From the NCBI GenBank assembly GCA_002633005.1, contig NMRA01000005.1, positions 1,409,635 through 1,473,634 of the forward strand: a stretch of DNA of 64,000 nt, given 5' to 3'. A program made the translations under genes and the position numbers. Source of the DNA: Phoronis australis. Lineage: Eukaryota; Animalia; Phoronida. Of this stretch, positions 12,888 through 26,562 are shown in pieces. The notes under the pieces were generated by a model, which had not been told where the DNA came from, did no database searches, and saw only the letters and a program-made list of their open reading frames with translations. How positions within the stretch are numbered: position 1 is the first letter of the stretch; every line of letters starts with the position of its first letter.

Positions 12888-15800
12888 TCAGCCTAGAGTT
12901 CCATTGGCTACCGAAGTCACGTTCTGGAATTCGCACGTGCCGCTTGAAAACCCAAACTGAAGCAGCACCAAAAAATACGTTGCGCAAATTCCAAAAACCT
13001 GTAAAACACGAACGGTGGTCGGTTAGTTTCGAACGTCTGTGCTGCTTTATGGTAGGAAACATCTCATCTCATCAAGGAACAAATTGTGGCCAAGTTTATA
13101 TGGGTAAGTGGTTTAATCAAAATTGATAGTTCTTCGACGGCACTATGGCGGATTTATTGCCAAGAGACATGGGCGGAGCAGCACTAAAAAAAGTGGAGCG
13201 AAAGCCCCCGCCCCCTATATGTGGTGCGCCGCCCATGTCCATAGGCGGCGCAGCACTGAAAAACTGGGGGCGCTACAGCCCCCAGCCCCCTAGGGTGCGC
13301 CGCCCATGCCAGAGGACATAATTTTTGATACTCAACCACCAACGGCATTGACTTACGAAAATAACTTAAAACTACAGTTCATCCTGTTTAGCTGGTTAAA
13401 AAAGAAACAAAATGGACATTGAGCGTTTTACTCTCCTAAAATCTCGTAATTTACCTTACCGTGATAGGATTCTATTTCCGTCCTCTTTCGACTTTGCAAT
13501 TTTAAAGGCCTGACCAACCCCAATAAACCTTTTCTTGAGTTGCCGAATGTTTCGATCTCTCATTAGGGACAGAAATAAAAAGTGCGCTCATTCGAACAAC
13601 AGGTTTCGCAGAAGCAATTCATTCCCCCCAAATTTGCGCAATCGTCGGGCCGAGTTAGCATTAATACACGACCCTTGTCACATTCCACGATTTCCGTCTC
13701 ACCCTTGTGGCCTATCGCACGACCGGTTCTGATTTAGACAAGCAACTTATCCGTTAAAGGAGCATGCCACCCAAAACAATCTAATTTGTATCAATTTAGA
13801 TCGAGTAGTTCTACTCATAACGCCAAGTACGATTGCGTTACCTGACACCTGACGGCAGACGGAGGTGTTGAAATTATCCAATGACGTATGATTGGTTTCA
13901 CTCGCAGTCTGTTCAGCAGTTCACAACAAGGGTTACTGGTGTCAGCTTATCGCTTGAATTCATCGTTTAACACCAATAAATCATCAAACTTCGATGTAAA
14001 ACCCTTAAAAATGCACCGATCAGTTCTTATAAAAAGGCGTTGTTTTATTTCGCTGTTACGGATTTAGTGGACACACCGTAGCCTACAAAGATCGGCAGGC
14101 CAATATGGTCTGTAGCAGGAGTCTGGGGTCTGTTTGGAGATAAATTCGAAGTATTTTCCGTGAGGTACAGACAGGAAAACCTATAGATCTGAGTTGTTTA
14201 GACTTGTGATTTTTTTAGGTCTAAACACTCAAAACACTTGTTATCCTGGCCAGTGGCTCGCAGCCCGACCAGGCCCGTCGCAGCGTCGGACCGGCCGGCC
14301 TGATTGACCCGCCGGCCAGTGGCTCAGAAACTGATCAGACATCGCGAACATAAACCAGCGAAAGTTGGAAACTAAACTTCCAGTCAAGAAAATACTATAG
14401 TAGTGAGCCAAAGTAATATGCACGTGATTATGTAGGTGAATTACCCACGAAACTGCAAATCTACTTACTCGTCGGCCGGGGACCGCGCCTATTCAGGTTC
14501 CGCTTTGGCCACAGCACGGCAGAAGTTATAAATTGACAATCATTATTTCAATAATATAAATGTAAAAAAAGACTCCCCTAACACCAGGCCGTGGGATGGA
14601 AATCGACTGAGTTGTTTTCACAACAGTTTTTGCCAACAAACACTTAAATTAGCATGAGCTCACACGTCCTCGGTGTCCCGTCAATTAGTTTTATTGCACC
14701 TAAAGCCAATAACGCAGTGATTTATTCATTACTGGCTTCTCAAATCATTTGCACTCACGAACAATCCAAAGGCATTACAAACTGCATCTAATGAGGCAGA
14801 CTTTGTTTAAGTTTTATTTAAGCATTGGTTAGGGTGAGAATAATTCATTTTGAAACAGAACGCTCAGTAATTACAAACATCAACATGGCAAACGGCAATC
14901 CCGTGTGACTTAGACGAGAGCTCATCAGTCGAACCCGACGAAGATTTCGCAGGTGGATCGTTAAGTTTCACAGGCTATTAATTCGAACAGGAATACAGTG
15001 ATGAAGAGGCGCCGTGAACAAGCTCAGACAACGGGACGTATGAATAGTTATTTGATAAGCCACTAGAGCCGCGGCATTCCGTCAGGCACTGTCGTAGGCA
15101 ATGACCATCGCCTCTGTTGGCCCGACTCTGGTCGGGCCAACAGAGGCGATGGTCATTGCCTTGCACTGTCGACGACTGCAGGCCACAGGCACGGCCTCAT
15201 ACTTGCTATTTACAGCGTACTTTTCATTCTTCACTACCACGAGCCACTTTTTAAGCATTTCGGACTTTCGAGGAAGTCGAAAAAAAAAAACGATATACCC
15301 GCTTTCCTCGCCTAGTTCGGACTATCGGGAACGATGCACCGCAATTACGTAGCGGCATTCACTCTGCAGATGAAGCACTGACGTCGCTAGCGTCGTTTCT
15401 CACCTTCCTCACAGGTTAGCGCGACACCTCTTGGCAAGGTAAGGCCTACCGTATTGGATATAGACCGTTTAAGACGGCAAAAAAGACTAACTAAATCGGG
15501 TGGCATTCTCCTTTAATAATGCTGCTATTTACAGGGGCTCATTAGCTGATAGGCCACTACTCGATCGGACTGTAGTCCGAGTCTTAAAGAACGCCGGCCC
15601 GTATGTCGCCGACCGCTGACCGCCCACTACGGCTCCCCGCCCGACTAAGCCGTGTGTNGTATGTGTTAATTATAACTCCGTGTTCCTATATGTATGCCGG
15701 GTTCATTTGATTTTATTTGCTGTATTTTGAAATGAGTAACTTTTTGTGAGGATGTACTATCGCCCCTGAATGCCTGCGGCATCCAGTGCGATGTAATTGC

Positions 15801-18800
15801 CTAGGGGCCATCGTGTGTGCAGCGAACATTTTCCTGGTGGAAAAAAGACTTATGAGAACAACATTCCGACGGAGTTACCACTTAAAATTAACGTCTCTAG
15901 CATATCCACGGCGAAAGCTACAAAAGTTAAGCAACCCAAGAACTCTCAACTTGTCTGAAGATTTCGAAATCAACGCCGATAACCCCAATACTGAACACGG
16001 CGACAGTCGTGCTCTCGGTCACACGGCCACTGATCATAGCTACGCTGTGTCTACAAACGAGAGAGAGGACTTGCTTGGTATTATAAAACAAAAAATGAAA
16101 CATTGTTTTTAGTTTGCAAATCACTCCAAATGCACAAGACATGCCTGACCACAAGCTATCCCATGAGCCTTCGCGAAGTAAGTAACTCGCACATGCGCAA
16201 TGCGTAGTTCGTCTGCGCTGCAAATCCGCTATTCGCGGCATTCACTCTGCAGATGAAGCACTGACGTCGCTAGCGTCGTTTCTCACCTTCCTCACAGGTT
16301 AACGCGACACCTCTTGGCAAAGTAAGGTCGACGGTATTCGAGGCGATGTGGATATAGACCGTTTAAGACGGCAAAAAAGATTAATTGAATCGGGTGACAT
16401 TCTCCTTTAATAATGCTGCTATTTACAGGGTCTCATTAGCTGATAGGCCACTACTCGATCGGACTGTAGTCCGAGTCTTAACGAACGCCGACCGCTGACC
16501 GCCCACTACGGCTCCCCGACATAAGTCGTGTGTTTCTCTTAATCAAACCAAATCAACGACAGAACAAGAAAATGACGAAGCTTGTAGAAATATGGCGGGA
16601 ATGCCTGTGCAAAAAGTAATGCGATAAGCGTCTCATCAACTTATCGGTTCTCATCAAGTAATTAATTATCAGGTTAGTGTAAACAACTGTCACTGCGTCT
16701 GGAGCGCTTTCCGCTACAAATTGCGCAAAATTTGGTGGATCGTGGATTGCGGTATTTTTGCGTTTGCGCTATAAAATTAATTCCGCAATCCCAGTTGAAC
16801 AAAATACTCTGCAAAATAAACTCGCATGAACAGGCCTAGAGTCTAGAACGCTTTCCGGAAGTGTGCAAATTTGGTGGATGATGGATTGCGGTATTATTGC
16901 GTTCCCGCGATAAAGTTTTTGCCACAATCCCGATAGTGCGCAAAACACCGCAAAATTTTCCACAAACAGACTCGCACGATGAACACACCGATTTCACGAG
17001 AGCAAAGGGACTAATTCGATTTTTTAGCCAGCTAAACGAGGCGAGATGCAACTTTAAATAATATACACTTTGAATCAAATGTTTGTCACAGACAATTTTG
17101 TATCTGTTTTCTAATGCAAAACCACAAAAAGTTTTGTTTGTTAACGAATTACTACAAGTGAAAGGCTTTGTTGAATATTGCGACAAGAAAGACATTTTAA
17201 ATTACCGCCAGTAACAGAGGCTTGTCGACGAGAAAATAATCCCACGCAGTGACGCCAACTGAGGATCCAGAGACCTTGTTTAGGAAAAGCTGAAACTCCG
17301 TATGTTGCGATAACGTCATGTCAGGGAATGGTTGCAGTTCGTGAAGTACCGGTAATGCTTCGTCTGCCTAGAATACAATGCGCAGCAGTGAAAGAAAAGA
17401 AAAGAAAGCAATTTCCAAACTGTAATGTAAATTTTCATTTCTAATCCGGTGTGTTTCATCATTGTAGTCAAGAAAATGCCTTGGGAGGCGCTAGTTGCAT
17501 CCCTGGCGGGAATGTGAGAATGATTAGAGAGACGACAAGAGGGAGGAGCCAAGTGATTGAAATTCACGGACCACTGTCTAAACAGAAACACCAAGATTTC
17601 TTGACACAAGTTTCTACGTAAAAACGGTACAAGAACAATTTAAAAACCTAGCATGACTTTTAAAAAAATCTCTTTGAAATCGTGCGCTAAATTTACCAAT
17701 CTCGTTTCTATTTGATATCTCTCATCGTAATCAGTACCGGGCCTTAGGAATATGACATATTCAAGTCCAAGAACCATGATCGCTGGTGTACAAATTGTAT
17801 GGCACGAGTCATATTAGTCATGGCGAGCATTGTTTTGCTTTGTTTTCATATCAGGTGGAACAAGTCGGCATTAAGGACATGTAATTCGTTTTACTGAAAC
17901 GCTTATACTAGGTTCAGAGCGGAACTCATAGGCGGTATCCTATCGGTTTAAGCTTCCCCAAACTCTTGTCTAAGTAGTAGACCTTTGGGCCAAAACCGAG
18001 AGCGCTCAATATAACTTTAATGAAACAAATATTTAGCTTACCTTTGTATTAACCGATGCTCCAGCCAGGACGATGACGGAAGTAACAACAAGACCATAGA
18101 GAACCCAGGCCAGATATGTTCCCAAGAAGAGAGAGCTTGATCTTGCACAAGGGAACGTGATTAGAATATAGATCATGCCGATGACGAGAAGTACGTTAAT
18201 GACCAGGTTTACAGCGATGTACGGAGAAAAAACACCATCTAGTTCATCTGCCAACTTACAAACGTGACCGTGTAATTTTCTGTAGTAATGGACGTTTGGA
18301 AAAAACTTATTATCCTCGATCACTCGTTTCAGTTCAGAAATGAACTCATCCATACACATGTTCGTCAAAGAAACCATGAGAATGTACAAAAATGTCGGAG
18401 CAAACCATGCCGCGCTGTTATATAAGTTTGGAATTACGCAAATTACTTTGACTACTATTAGTGCTGGATCCGACTGTTTCAACGGAGCAAACAAAAGGTC
18501 GTGGAATGGCGTTGCTATCTGAATAATGCTGTTAAATGCTGTGTTCAATACGCAAATGAAGGTGAATGCTGCAACCGCAACGTAACATTTTCTTTGCAAG
18601 CGGTGTAACGATGTTTGTCCTATTCTCCAACGGCTGACCAACGTGCTGACAGAAGTAAAAAATTGCGGAATTTTAGACGTTTGGTGGAAAAACAAAAACT
18701 GCAGGATCGCGTGACTAGCACAGAGAAGATACCAAAGCAAGCCATTTGCTAAGGTGAAAAACTCGTATTCCATGTCTGGTATTTCCGACAAAAGCCACAC

Positions 18801-19019
18801 GTTGCGGGCACATTGAAATATCATCAGAGCGCACACTAAGATCTGATAGACAGAGCTCGGCAGCCATGTTGAGAAATTTCGTCTGCATTCCTCTTTTTCG
18901 GGATGGACTTTCCGTTGGGAAGCGTCCGTTTGAGCCAATCCAAACAACTTAAGCGTGAGCAAAAAAGGACGAAAGGCTTTTTGAACGAGAGTATGCGAGT
19001 CAGTTGCAGGCATGTCCAT
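12888..19019 (-). CDS. Gustatory receptor-like (7tm_7 chemoreceptor family) protein, copy A, about 416 aa, 3 exons
   Basis: Exons 19019-18042, 17367-17206 and 12998-12888, with phase-0 GT-AG introns. The protein has multiple TM segments. Exon 2 gives FQLFLNKVSGSSVGVTAWDYFLVDKPLLLA and exon 3 gives VFGICATYFLVLLQF, the TYhhhhhQF TM7 signature of the GR/GRL superfamily. The start was chosen by homology with copy B (MDM...). Confidence 0.88.
13758..15512. mobile_element. Kolobok-like non-autonomous DNA transposon in intron 2 of GRL copy A
   Basis: TIRs AGGAGCATGCCACCC and GGGTGGCATTCTCCT are flanked by TTAA at 13754-13757 and 15513-15516. The right end recurs at about 16236-16410 and, inverted, from 47785. 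Confidence 0.7.
15809..16060 (+). pseudogene. THAP-domain transposase/protein fragment
   Basis: HRVCSEHFPGGKKTYENNIPT (THAP C-terminal half) is followed in another frame by ATDHSYAVS (DHxY HCF-1-binding-type motif). Frameshifted. Confidence 0.55.
16236..16530 (+). repeat. About 300-bp direct duplication of 15353-15655 (transposon end plus flank)
   Basis: GCGGCATTCACTCTGCAGATGAAGCACTGACGTCGCTAGCG...CCACTACGGCTCCCCG is near-identical in both places. Confidence 0.85.
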
Positions 19020-21672
19020 AGTGCTGAAAGTTGAACTCCGAAACAGCACAAGAGTATTCAACTGCCATTTGGCGATGAGTCCATTGAAAGATGATAATAT
19101 ATGCATTGTCTTGACCGTACGGAGAAAAGTAATTATTTGCGGACTATTTAAAAATCGATAAGATAGGAAATCAAGTCAACCTGTATATATGTTATGTTCA
19201 TGATATGTAATCAATATTCAAGCTTTAGTGAACATTCACACTTGTCAGTCTCTAATGGCGTTAGATATGGTGCATACGGAAAATCGCTTCAAAGAAAATT
19301 GCAATAAGTTACAACAAAATTAATTTCAGGCTAAAACTCACAGTTTTTAACACATTGACTTTTTACTTATCTGTCTGTCATTAATTGGGTCACATGACTA
19401 TTTTTTAGAAAATTTAGCAAATTAAAATGAAAGGCGCATTGATTGCAAAACAACGATATCAGCAACATAACCAAATTTCATTCGATACAAATCTTCAAGA
19501 TGAAATCTCAAAACGCTGTTACAGTTTTCTAAGTTAGCATTTCGTTTTCGTTTTACGCAACTCTTGATTTCTTTTCATGCAAACCACAACAGTCGTAATT
19601 GTTACAGCGTCTCGTGCAAAACGTGGAACATTTTAAAACCAATTCCTACCAGAGTTTTAGAGAACAGTGCATAAAGTATAAAGTTTCATATCCATCTGAT
19701 CACCCATTTCTGAGACCTGATGTTCTAATTTAGGGAAAATTTTGCCATGTAATTTGGAAATCAAACCCGAGGTCTTGACTATGTCAACAAAATAGTTGTT
19801 GAAGTTAAATGACCCCAAACTTCACGTTTTATAATCTCTGTGAAACAAAGATTGTAGATCCAAAGACATACGGGTCCACCTTATTTTTTATCCACAGCGC
19901 CAGGCACAATCGTGACTAAGAGCAAAAAATGCCGAGTCATTACATAGTATTGACATTCTATTGATTCGTGCTCATTCCAAACTAACTCGCGTAGGAGTGG
20001 AATGTTTGCAAGCTTGATAGTTTCGGAAATCAAACGTCGAGGCTTCTAATTTGTGACGATTCGATATACTTGTTACCCTATTTTTGCGGCATTTTGAATG
20101 TCAAAGACCATTAACCCATTTTGTAAGTAATGACCAGTTTGCGAATATATGTTCTGTGTTTGGGTTTTGTTTAAGACCCCAGAAGATACTGGGCCCACTG
20201 GTCTTCCATAGCCCCAGCCTCTATGAACAAGTAGAAGTCAGTTTTATGACCGCAAGTGACCTGTAAACCAAAAGTTACCTGATTGAATGGGATGCACGGA
20301 TAGCCAGCAACATTACATTTTGAAGGCCTTTTTGGTTGATTTGGCATATTTTGCTTATCATACAATATATTTTGAACCTTGCCAGTCGATTTCTTTAGCG
20401 TAAAAATGAGATAAACAAAAATCGCAATGTTCCTCAGACCGGAAGTGGTTACGGAAAGGAAGCGACAAGTTTCGAAAACAAGAACTGAGCCGAGTAAGCT
20501 GTGTTCCCTCGCTTTTCAGGCCAAATTTTCAACCATTGGAACTTTGACGACTTGATCAAAAACACTAAAAATTAACACAACAGAGATTCATCAGGCCAAA
20601 AACATGCAACGTTTGCATTTACCGCGTTACTTGATCAATACATCACACTTCCACTTTGAAGAATTGTTATGTTTTCTAAAAATCGACTGAGAAGATTCAA
20701 AGTATTTTGCATATTACGTAAAATATGTCGAATTTACCAAAAACGCTTTCCGTAGGTAAAATTCATAAAGCACTGGAACAATAAGTGTCAGAAACAAGAA
20801 AAATTGTTTACTTGTTTGAGGTTGGCTTTGGCACACTTTTAATGCTCACATCCAGGCTCTGGTGGTAAAAATGATCACGATGTTTTCAATTTTCTAAAGA
20901 AATAAAAAGGAGCTTTATGCGTGCTCTCACATGCTGAAAACTAAAGACTATGACACCCCTGTATTATTTAGTCTGCAAGACACTCAATTGGTTAGTATTA
21001 CACATGAAATGTTACATTTACTTTACAAAGTTTAAAAACATATTTAAACGCCTTCTGCTAAAAACCTACTTTCGAGTTAAGCCACTTGCTGCAATAAATT
21101 TGGCCTGAGAGTGAGATTAGAAATTGTTTCTAAGCTCGAAAAGAACTGACGGGTCGTTTCAGATCAGGATCATTAAGTTTCTAATGCTACGTCAGGTTGG
21201 TTTCAGTCACCAAAACAACATGGCTGTCAGGAGTTTTATTGTAACCAAATTCAGTTGTTCCAACATGGGATAAGAACGCGATTACGTTGAATTGAATGGA
21301 CAAACGCGCTGGCTGTGAAGAACGTTGATATTTACTGAACACCAGCACATGGTTACAGCGAGTTTAAGATTGAACGCTGTACTGGAATATTTGAAAACAA
21401 GTTCTATGAATGAAAAGTATATCTTAACCCGAAACCTTGAGCAGTCGAGCTCCACGTCTTTGGACATCAAGGGGGTCTGTTTTTTGTAAATGATAATATA
21501 CATATTTTTCAGGTATTTATTATCATTTATAAACAAGCACAAAAACAAATAAACAAATAAGTACATCCATTCATTCACGCATGCACACCTCAGGAGAGAC
21601 CGTTCTCGTATCTCGTATAAAGTAAACCACTGCTACATGGAGCTTTAACGTGAACAATAAAATTTTCTCATT

Positions 21673-22545
21673 TCACAGAGAAGCTGTCACATACAAAGTT
21701 TTATATGCAATTAATTTTTCAGCATTACTGTACTCATAAGTATATGTAACAAACTTGTGAAAATTAGGTATCTTTTTGTGACATCTCTCCTTGTAGACGT
21801 ACTGTTTGGCTAGTAAAAGCAAAATGTTAAATAGAAAATCGTGCACCTCATGAAGTCCAAGAATAACAGGTTCGTAAGAGAGACACTTGGGAAGCTGAAT
21901 GAGACACTTTAGAAGTAGCTTTCCGAATTCCTTCCAGAAATCCTGTACAAGGCAACATTCCCAAAAAAGGTGGGACAGCGTCTCTGGAGCTTTACCAAAA
22001 AAGGAACATAAATTAGAATCCTGAACACGGATTTTGTCTAAAAAGGTATTTGTTGCAATAATCCTGTGTAGTATTCTAAATTGGAACCATCTAATGTTGG
22101 GATCCTTTGTAATTTCATAAGGCAATGCGTATATTTCTTCCAATCTAAACTATCTCCTAACTCTATTTCCCATTTACACCCTGACTTAGAAGGTTTCTTA
22201 ACGTCATTAAAGACTGAACAAATATGTCTACAACTCTTCAAATCTTTCCGTGAGTAATTGCTAAAGGCATGCAAGGGGAGTAGACATTAACACTTTTAAA
22301 TTTACTTTGAAATAGACTTTTTTGAAACCTTCTTAGAACAGAAACAACACCATTATATTCTACAAAGTTGGTTTTTACATCGAATCCATTTTTCATAGGG
22401 TTCAAACTAACGAAATTACCATCAGAGGTATACATATCTCTAATAAATCGTAAGCCTTTTACAAACCAATGCTTATAAATAACACTTGTGCCTCCGATCG
22501 CCAAGTTACTATTAAACCACAAAGGTTGATTCAAAAAGTCCTCTT
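21673..22545 (-). mobile_element. 5'-truncated L1/Tx1-type LINE, ORF2 C-terminus (zf-RVT), frameshifted
   Basis: Overlapping ORF fragments QPLWFNSNL...WFVKGLRFIRD and FQFRILHRIIATNTFLDKI...LCSF...ETLSHLFWEC...QDFW...LLLLAKQYVY. Confidence 0.8.
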
Positions 22546-23751
22546 TAAAAAGGTAGTCCGTTTTTGGGGATGTTTACTTAACTTTGGTATTATCACGGTG
22601 TTCCATCGAAATTGGAACCCCGGTGTAAAACAGATATCCCGGAGTCGAAAACAGACTCCCGCACCTTCAAACCAGCTAACCAGTCCGAAAAACATGAACC
22701 CTGACCTGTAAAACAGGAACCCCGGGGATCGGACAGGATGAACCCTAAAATGCGGCCAATTGTAAAGATGTTTAAAGGAATTAAACAACAATGGCTTTTG
22801 CCTATGTCAATGAGAAGGAAAAGTACCCAGTCGCCGAGAAGTTGGATAGTATACGACCAACGCAAATCTACTACTTTAGTTCCCATTCCGATGGCTGCAC
22901 ATGGGACACTCAGATAAGAGATCAATAATGCTGGGACCTCGCTAGCCGGATCCCGCTAGAAAGGCAAGACTTCGCGTAATCACGCGAGATATTGCCTTGC
23001 ATTTTGAGTGAGAACCGTGTGATTTTTCTATCCGCAAGACAACTACTAAACTCTTGTGAGGCATCTGATTGGTTTGTAAGCCGGAAGTCGTCATCGAGCG
23101 AGAATCAATCAGATGCCTCATTAGCCTTTCACTTGCGTGAACTTGAAAATCTCAACCGGATACCTTTACTGCGGCACTCAAGCGTTGCAGCGAGTATCGT
23201 TCCTTGAGTATCCATTATGAGATACGCATGCATTACGTCAATAGATTCGCCAAAAGGTTAATGGCCTTTTACATTCAAAATGCCAACATGTCGAAACGTT
23301 TCAAATATATCAGCCGGGATGGTATGATTTGCGAGATATTTGGTTTATGCAAACATTTCAGCTCTTCGTTCGTTCGACCTTCAACACTAAATGTTCACTA
23401 GCAGAATAGTTACTGCTTATGTGTTGGACAGTAAGGCCGGAGTGTTTCTTTACGCGAGGACACTCGCTTTCTCCCGTCCCCTGAACCGCAGCGACACATT
23501 TCTCACTGAAAAATCATTTCGGGACTGACTAGACCTGGTCTCAGGGGCCAGGCGAGGCTATTCCGCTATCAACGACACTGTATCGAATAAATGAAAACTG
23601 TCCAATCTTTAAGGTAACTTGCGATATAATTTCACCTTGGTTAGCTGGCTAAAAACGAAAGTCTAATTAGGCTTTCTTCACTCATAAAACTTTCTACACA
23701 CAATATTCCTTACCGTGACTGGATTCTATTCCCCTCACCAATTCGTCACAG

Positions 23752-23926
23752 GCAATGCGCACATGCACATGCCTACATGCACATGCCTACATGCACATGC
23801 GTACACGCACATGCGTACATGCACATGCGCTCATGCACACGCGCATGAGTACATGCACACGCGCATGCGTACATGCACACGCGCAAATTCGCATGCGCAC
23901 ATGCACATGCGTACATGCACATGCGA
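23752..23926. repeat. Degenerate (GCACAT)n alternating purine-pyrimidine microsatellite within a MITE-like element (about 23630-24150)
   Basis: Tandem GCACAT/GTACAT/GCGCAT units. The flanking arms are mutually inverted and recur near 13370-13480 and 35990-36180. Confidence 0.85.
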
Positions 23927-26562
23927 CATTTTCGAATTCGCATTTTAGGGTTGGCCAAGCGCAATAAACTCTAGTGAAGCGCTTTTTTGAGTTGATCATG
24001 TATTCGATGTTCTTGTTGACAACAGGGTCTTATCTCAGTAAGGCATATTATGAGATCGCTTTTATGAGAGTAAAAAGCCTTAATCGATTTTCGATTTTAA
24101 CGAGATAAATAGGAAGAAATGAAGCTTTAACATAGCTAAACCCAAAGCAGGTGAATAGGCCTAATCAATAGTTGGAGACCAATTCCACAAATGTCTGTCC
24201 TCTGGACAGTGGGGCCACTGCATGGTATCTTGGAACCACCGGTGTACGTGCACAGGCGACCTACATGAAGAAACTCCAAACAAGCGATTCAAACGTCTCT
24301 ATGACTGATTATGTTAAATTTCCTGCGCCACCACCGTCAAAAATACAGTCTAATATATCCGGGTATATGAACTGAAAGGCCTGACTTCGCCATCAAGAAG
24401 ATTTAGTGGCGCTAACTTGTTTCGTGTTTTATGTGAGATACATGTAGTTTAAGTAGCATCTCCGGGAGGTGGCGCTCAGTTGGGTGGTTTTCACTTCTAG
24501 AACCCTATTATTAATGTTATGTAGGATCCTAGAAAAATGTCCGATTTTGGGCAACTTCGTATCTCAAAAATATTTCTCTTAATCACATAAAACTTTCAGA
24601 TACTATGTTTTATACACTATTCTCCAAAACGCCATCATTAGGAATTGTTGATAAAATGTCTCACTTTTGCATGAGGGCTATAAAATAGGACTTTTATCAC
24701 TTCTATGAAGATTTTTTTTAAGATGCATAAAACGAAGCGACAATTTAAAAAACTACAACAGCGTTTTAGAGTTTTTATCTTGAGCATTTATATCATACAA
24801 AATTTTATCCCGCTCTTGTTTTCTTTCCTTTTTGACAAATTTTTCTAAAAATCAAGGTAACATGACCTAATAAGTAGACGATTGGCATAAAGTCAAAAAA
24901 TCAAATTCTACGGAATTTTCTACTTTCAGAAAACATATGCTTTCGTTGAGTTAAATTCTATATCTTTGTAGATATTCAGCTATCTTTGAAAAGGTCCTGC
25001 ATAACTTTATGTTCCATATAACAGCGTTCACTGAAGACTCAAAACCTCTTCAATACTTTCCATAAAATGTTATAATAGAATGTTTTATTTGTTTGAATAA
25101 AACGACTGCAGTCTTTACAATTATTTACTCAATTTAATTTGGCATTTGGCAAGGTTGAGTTGTAAAAGAAGTGTGTTATTGGGGAACTAAAAAGGTGACT
25201 TTTTCGCAGAGTCTATCAACAAACGGGTCCCCTCATAATCGCACTAACTCCTCAAAGGGATATTTTTACTGACGATTTAGAATGCTTGGTTTCTTAAAAA
25301 CCCAGCCGCACACTCCCGTAAAAATATTCCCCCGTGGGAGTTAAGGAACGCAATGAAGAACCACCAGGTCAATATGTACTTACCTGTCATCATCGCTGCC
25401 ATCGTCATCCGCATTTATTGGCTGCACTTGATTGACTTCGCCGGGTCCGCTGGATCAACCGGCTGCGACATCTGACAGGTATATAATCCGGAAGTCGTCA
25501 TCAAGAACCAATCAGATATCTTAGCCGGTTGACCGGGCGAAACCGTCAAGTCCATCAAGTACAGCTAATGCCATAAACAACGGAGGAGACAATCCTCGTT
25601 GACATGTGTATATTTACCACGAGTTGTAAAAGAGATACTTCATAATAAAGGACAGCTCCTGACGCGTGTTGACAATGCGTTTACGATAAAAGGATAATTC
25701 TGACAATGAATTGCAAATTAGCTTATAAGAATTTTATTGAACTAATGCAATTGTTCTCTCTTTCAACCTAACACCACCTGCTGTTTATTGTAAACTGTTT
25801 CATTTGATTTGATTACAAAATAATAAAAGCAGCCCATTTATTTGCAATGTGGTTGTCGTATTTATATCACATTTATATCTAGACATCCATCAGTGGAGTA
25901 GCTGTGATTTTCTCCAAACTTGTTAGTATTGTTTTGCGACAAAATGTACATTCAATGACTGAAGACTTAAAAATGAAACGTCAGACTAACTGTTGACAAC
26001 TAAAAGTTCACTAAAAAGATCGAATTAGTAGAAGTTTGTTTACTTGAAATGTTCACTGTTTACACGAAAATTCTGAACTGCAAAAGCTTTTGATGTGGAT
26101 TACTATGGATACATGTTGACTTGAAACATTGTCGTTGGGCCAGTTTCCTTGAAGTGTAAGTCGAGCAAATTGAAAACAATTTTAGATTGGTATACGCGTG
26201 ATATTACGAGATGTCATGTGTATAATAATATCAGGTGATATTAGATGTCGTTTCACATCCCGTCTGTGTGAAAAAATAACAATTGTTTGTTACTTTTAAC
26301 TGACTTATTGTCATGAGCATTTAAGATATTCTTCACATTCTTTTCAGCTAAACATTCATACAGTTATTTGACCTAAAACTAATCCATCTGAAACATTTAG
26401 CCAAATGATGCTCTTTAAGGTAAACAGAATTTTAAATATTACGGAATTTTCAAAATGATTTTGGAGTTTTTGGTGGTCCACCAACACAATGGCCGGCACA
26501 TCTGAATTGTTTGAACTTCACTTTGCATGAATTGCCAAAAATACAAATATATTCAGTGTTGT

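Noticed and set aside
19020-19106. 29-aa N-terminal extension of GRL copy A given by the ORF track
   Set aside because: The paralogue starts at the equivalent MDM codon and has an in-frame stop just upstream, so this is probably 5'UTR.
23715-23999. His/Ala/Cys/Met-rich ORFs on both strands
   Set aside because: These are translations of a (GCACAT)n microsatellite.
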